Assembly: GCA_043228905.1 (NCBI GenBank)
Contig: JBHGNT010001036.1
Location: 1 to 12,753, forward strand
Direction: 5' to 3'
Length of the DNA: 12,753 nucleotides
Source: Azolla caroliniana
Lineage: Eukaryota > Plantae > Polypodiophyta
The position numbers and the translations under genes are program-made. The notes under the pieces are model-generated. The model saw only the letters and a list, made by a program, of their open reading frames with translations. It did no database searches and had not been told where the DNA came from. Positions 8,601 to 12,753 of the stretch are shown here, piece after piece (positions within the stretch are counted from its first letter, which is position 1; every line of letters starts with the position of its first letter).

Positions 8601-9105
8601 AATCAGGGATTGAACCAAACAAAACCAAAGAGTGAAGGAACTCATTTACCTGACGAAAGCTAGAGACCAAACAAGTGGAATTGAGGTTGGCTTCAAATGC
8701 AGTCTTGACACATGTGGCACACTCGGGCAATGTGAGATCGCCTCGGCACTGATACATCACGCTTGCACCGTAGCCGGACACGGGGTCGATATCCTCACTC
8801 TTGGCATAGAGAGACACGGACGCGCGGTCAATGAGGCCTGCTTTGAGAGCATCGAAGCGAGCGGAGAGGTCCGTGCCGGATGTGTTCCCAGAGCAAAGGT
8901 AACCATTTTCTACCATCCTCAATATGTTTGTGAATGGGGACACTTCCACTTCGGCACCTACGAGATCAGCTAGGCATAGGAGGAGTGTTGATACCAGCAG
9001 CAGGAGCACAGCTACATAAGCCCCTCTATTAAGCAAAGGAGTAGTAGTAAAAGTAATTGTTGTTGTACAGAACGATGATGCATGTGGAAGCTTAGAAATC
9101 TCCAT
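5615..9105 (-). CDS. CRK: Cysteine-rich receptor-like kinase (double DUF26/Gnk2 ectodomain, Pro/Ser linker, TM, RD Ser/Thr kinase), 8 exons, ~718 aa
   Basis: Manual exon model (minus): 9105-8650, 8506-7996, 7793-7626, 7526-7360, 7235-7019, 6554-6317, 6223-6073, 5863-5615. All introns are GT..AG, phases are compatible, total 2157 nt with no internal stop. Two C-X8-C-X2-C motifs ([26 protein letters not shown]) plus CYVRYE; [23 protein letters not shown] followed by SRR; kinase motifs [46 protein letters not shown]. Kinase exon sizes 217/238/151 resemble the usual 211/238/151 pattern of this RLK group. The symbol is family-level only; orthology cannot be assigned. Confidence 0.93.
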
Positions 9106-9153
9106 ATCTAACCTCAACGTATAGAGACAGAGTCCATACTTATATGATACAGC

Positions 9154-9166
9154 TTGACTTGGTCAA
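9154..9166. promoter_or_regulatory. Inverted pair of W-boxes (WRKY sites) ~50 bp upstream of the CRK ATG
   Basis: TTGACT-T-GGTCAA. Further TTGACT at 9622 and 9738. W-box enrichment in CRK promoters is established in Arabidopsis. Confidence 0.55.
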
Positions 9167-9195
9167 TAACTCATAAATTTCCAAAATTCGAGATC

Positions 9196-9216
9196 ATATA
9201 TATATATATATATATA
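9196..9216. repeat. (AT)10 microsatellite upstream of CRK
   Basis: Direct read. Confidence 0.9.
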
Positions 9217-10371
9217 ATTCATTCCATTTCTTTTCCCTGAATTCATACGTTTGATTTGTATACGGATAATAATATATTTTATTAATTATATTACTAGTGC
9301 CACAGGCATGGTCTTATTCTTCATATTCAAGAAGAGGTTTCTTTCTGTATATGTATTCGAGGATTGATTGGTTAACATTGGTCCACTCTGAAAAAGATGT
9401 GACCACATATCGATATCATTGAGCAATCTTAATATTTAATGATGATATACTATAGATAATTGGTGGCCCATCAAGAAAGAGACTCAATAAAACATAGACA
9501 TTGATGGCCAATCAGTTTTTCTTGGATTGACAATGGGCATGTATAAGAGGTCTCTATTATAACATTCACATCCTTATTCAAAGGATGCACACAGCAGGAG
9601 TGGCAAAAGAATTCAACGATTTTGACTACCCAATATATGGTTATAAGTATGTATATGGTACATAGCCTATACATAGCATGAATAATTTAAACTATACATA
9701 ACCTATACATTATACATCAAGTGGCCCATAGTTAGCTTGACTATAATTAACTGCCACAATTCCAGATCTTGCTTGCAGCTTTAGCAATCGGCAAATTGGT
9801 GTGTACGTTATGGTTGCAACTTGCTACATGCTTTGACATTGCTTTTCCACTATGAGTGGTAATAGTTAATACATGACAAACCCTAGCAAAAAACATGGGG
9901 AAGCAATTAAAGGTATTATGCGATACCAGTAGGCTACTCGGGAAAATAAAAGGCATCTACCAATGGGCTTATAGTATACGATTGAAGGTTTCCAAAAATG
10001 TTCTCACTATAATCCAAAAATGACTCTATCATCATTGAAGACTTCCAAACGGAACACAAAAATATATGCTTTAATGGAAATTACATACTGAAATTTGAAT
10101 GCAATATATGTAAAATACAAGTGGAGGCCCTCGTTTCTATTGGACCTCAGGTTCATAAATGTGAAGAACGAGTGAATCTAGGTTCTATTTTTTCTCTGTT
10201 TTTATCCGCATATGTCTAGTAACAATGATGACAACAATCTCCAATGTCATCCATCATCTCTATCATTTTTGTTTCTTTCTCCGTTTTCATTTTTATGTCT
10301 CCAAAAAAAATTTATGTTTTCATCATGTCATTTCTTCGCTTAGACTTCTCATTTTGTTCACCTAGATACAG

Positions 10372-10487
10372 AAATATGATTTGAGATGATCTTAACTAAC
10401 ATTTAACAGGCCTCCATGAACATATGGTTTCATTTCCTTGCCTCCAAAAATATGATTTGAGATAATCTTCACTAACATTTAACTGGC
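10372..10487. repeat. ~40-bp imperfect direct repeat, 76-bp period
   Basis: AAATATGATTTGAGAT(G/A)ATCTT(A/C)ACTAACATTTAAC(A/T)GGC at 10372 and 10448. Confidence 0.85.
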
Positions 10488-11285
10488 ATATATTTTTGAG
10501 GGGAAACTTAAAATTGAAGATAGAAGGCTTACATAGATAGTGATACCTGAAATATTAATATTGAGACATAAAAAGGGAAATAGAAAATTGGTAAAGATAG
10601 ATAGGAGAAACGAGCACTATGAGAACATACTAGAAAGCTGCTGAGTAAAACACGCACTTATGTTCCCTTATACCAAATTTTGTTTGCATATTTACTCTTG
10701 CGTTTATTTTCGTGGTTTCAATCTTTAATATCAAACCTGAATATTATGTGTGTTTAGGGGCATGAACGATGTTCGACTTAAATAGAAATCCTTCACATTG
10801 TTCTACCTCTTATGCATTTGAGGATGAAGATACGAATGCTTTGCATGATGCTTGGGTGTCACTAGATGAGACTAATGTTTCTACCGCTAGTGATTCAATC
10901 AATTCAGATGCACACATAACAAGTGAGAGTGCTAGTGATAATGAGTCAATGGATAGTGATAATGTCAATCCAATGAATATAGATCTTGTGAAATATCCCG
11001 AAGCCCGTTTATTTATGCCTAAAATGAATAAACAGATAGTAATAGACACTAGCCAGCATACTTCTAGCCATATATTGACATATTCGCATTCGTGGGGTTT
11101 CCCATTCGAATGCAAACGAATACGAATACGAATGGGTAGTCAAGTATTCGTTTAGGGTTTAGGCCTGCTTGTACAAATAGAATGATTAAAGTGTGGATGG
11201 GGAAGATGAGGATGGGGTAGGGAGAGATAAAATGAGATTTCAACGCACAGAAAAGAAAAGAAAACAGTCCAAAGAAAGGGGGAGG

Positions 11286-11307
11286 GAGAGAGAGAGAGAG
11301 AGAGAGA
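11286..11307. repeat. (GA)n microsatellite
   Basis: Direct read, about 10-11 units. Confidence 0.9.
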
Positions 11308-11451
11308 AACAATACTCATCCTAATCAAATACTGTACTACGAACAATACTCATCCTACTCCTTCGATTAAGTGTTATGTGAAACCTGACAATAGTTTTGA
11401 AGTTGAATATTTCATACAACACAAGGTTAAATATAGAATCCAACCTAGAAG

Positions 11452-11703
11452 CTAGGCATATTGAGGAGAAATCATATTGTTTTCAGCTAGATGTGTGAGC
11501 TTCATGGGAATATCAAGAGCAGAAGCAAGATTTACAAGCAGTTTTGACACAACTAGCATCGAAGGCCTTTGTGATGGAGAAGTCTGACAAGACAACAGTG
11601 AAACACGTATAAACCTCATTACTTCTTCATCTTCCACCGAATCTCATTTTATCGCTTCATCTAGCATCTCTAATTGTCTTCCCTCTTCATGTAAGCTCCA
11701 AGT
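11452..11703 (-). pseudogene. Last exon of a paralogous CRK, with an in-frame stop
   Basis: After acceptor TTGATAG it translates [49 protein letters not shown]..., collinear with exon 8 of the intact gene ([49 protein letters not shown]). TGA at 11646-11644. Nucleotide similarity extends into the intron (to ~11818) and 3' UTR (to ~11395). Confidence 0.88.
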
Positions 11704-11821
11704 CTATCAAGAAACCATAAAGAAATTCTAGATTGTTAAATTTCGACACATAAAAATATAGTTGCATATAATTGATGCATTTTACATTTTAAAATTAAAA
11801 CCCTAGACACTAGAAATTAAA

Positions 11822-12495
11822 TATTGACCCTAGGCCTAACGGAAAACGAGGGCCCAAACAAGCCTGGCCAATTCAGATGATAGCGTCGGACAAACCTAGT
11901 TAGGTCGTCCAAGAAATGAGGGTCCAGACGAGCCAAGCCGATCAATCACCAAGTATCATTTACCAAAGATTTGGTTGGAGGTATGGAATTGACAATCATA
12001 AATTGGTAGGAAGATTAAATACACAACCTATACCCAATCGGCTACTATAGATAGTTCTACAGAACACTATTTGAATAAGCTACAACGTATCGGCTATGCA
12101 GAATACACTTACACTTAAAATTATAAACTCAGACACACAAACATCATAATGTCCCAATATAATTCTCTATTAAATTTAATAACCACTTATGACTCTTTGT
12201 TTAAACAATGCCCTTGCCCCTTTATATAGGAAGCATGGAAGGATTACATCAAGAATACATTTGTCGTCTGGGGCAATTCTTTTAACTAACAATTACAACT
12301 ACCTAATATTTACATCTTCTACTCAATATTTTTTTCGAAATATAATATTTTTAACTATTGATAATTCGACTATGTTCGGCTTCACACATGTCTAACTACT
12401 ACTACTCGTGTCGGCCTTTTGGCTACAACGCTTCTTTTACTCTTCATTTGGCTTTTCGGCCCTTGCACAATCTATGTCGACCTCCCTAGGTAATA
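11822..12495 (-). mobile_element. LTR (~674 bp) truncating the CRK pseudogene
   Basis: Inverted termini TATTGACCCTAGG (11822, +) and TATTACCTAGG (12495, -). TATA box CCTATATAAAGG on minus at 12230-12219. The boundaries coincide with loss of CRK-intron homology on the left and copia pol homology on the right. Confidence 0.62.
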
Positions 12496-12753
12496 GCCAT
12501 GGCCAATATGTAGATTTCCTCTTATGATTTTCCATGATGACTCACGGAGTGTCGTCTTGTACCCATCTATAGGTAACATGCTAATGGAAATGAGACTCCT
12601 CTTCAGACCGAGTATGTGCCAAACATGGTTTAGGGTGATGTGACTTCCATTTGGTAGCCGAATGGGAATTTTTCCTTTTCCGGAGATTCCGCACTCTTGC
12701 CCATTGCCGAATCAAACTGAGACAACACCAATCCAATAGTCCAAAAACCAATG
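12496..12753 (-). mobile_element. Ty1/copia pol fragment (protease/beta-barrel region before integrase), degenerate, runs off the window
   Basis: Minus frame from 12753: HWFLDYWIGVVSV*FGNGQECGISGKGKIPIRLPNGSHITLNHVWHILGLKRSLISISMLPIDGYKTTLRESSWKIIRGNLHIGHG. This matches the copia pattern V.LGN...C.I.GKG.I.I......TL..V.HVP.LKRNLIS. Stop at 12714-12712. Confidence 0.85.

Noticed and set aside
6335-8973. Plus-strand ORFs 6335-6691, 7262-7480, 8632-8973, and the hydrophobic tail of ORF 6612-7193
   Set aside because: Antisense shadows of CRK exons, or read-through into intron 5 after the donor at 7018.
9471-9956. ORFs 9471-9674 and 9747-9956
   Set aside because: Short, no recognisable motifs, in AT-rich upstream DNA.
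11356-11366. Stowaway-like TA-CTCCTTCG terminus
   Set aside because: No matching opposite TIR found.

Overview
AT-rich land-plant nuclear DNA (spliceosomal introns, LTR retroelement debris). The core is an apparently intact 8-exon cysteine-rich receptor-like kinase (two DUF26 domains, TM, RD kinase) on the minus strand at 5615-9105; my manual splice model gives 718 aa. Upstream lies a pseudogenised last exon of a tandem paralogue (about 11395-11818), cut off by an LTR (11822-12495) that abuts a Ty1/copia pol remnant. The left 3.7 kb is nested retrotransposon debris: a decayed Ty3/gypsy RT-RNaseH (minus), two related LTRs in opposite orientation, and a copia-type solo LTR inserted into one of them. 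A MITE-like element lies at about 4171-4962. The most unusual signal is that both related LTRs carry the same U3 module: an antisense tRNA-like A/B-box cassette followed by a phased heat-shock-element array. All calls are by eye; no database searches were run.
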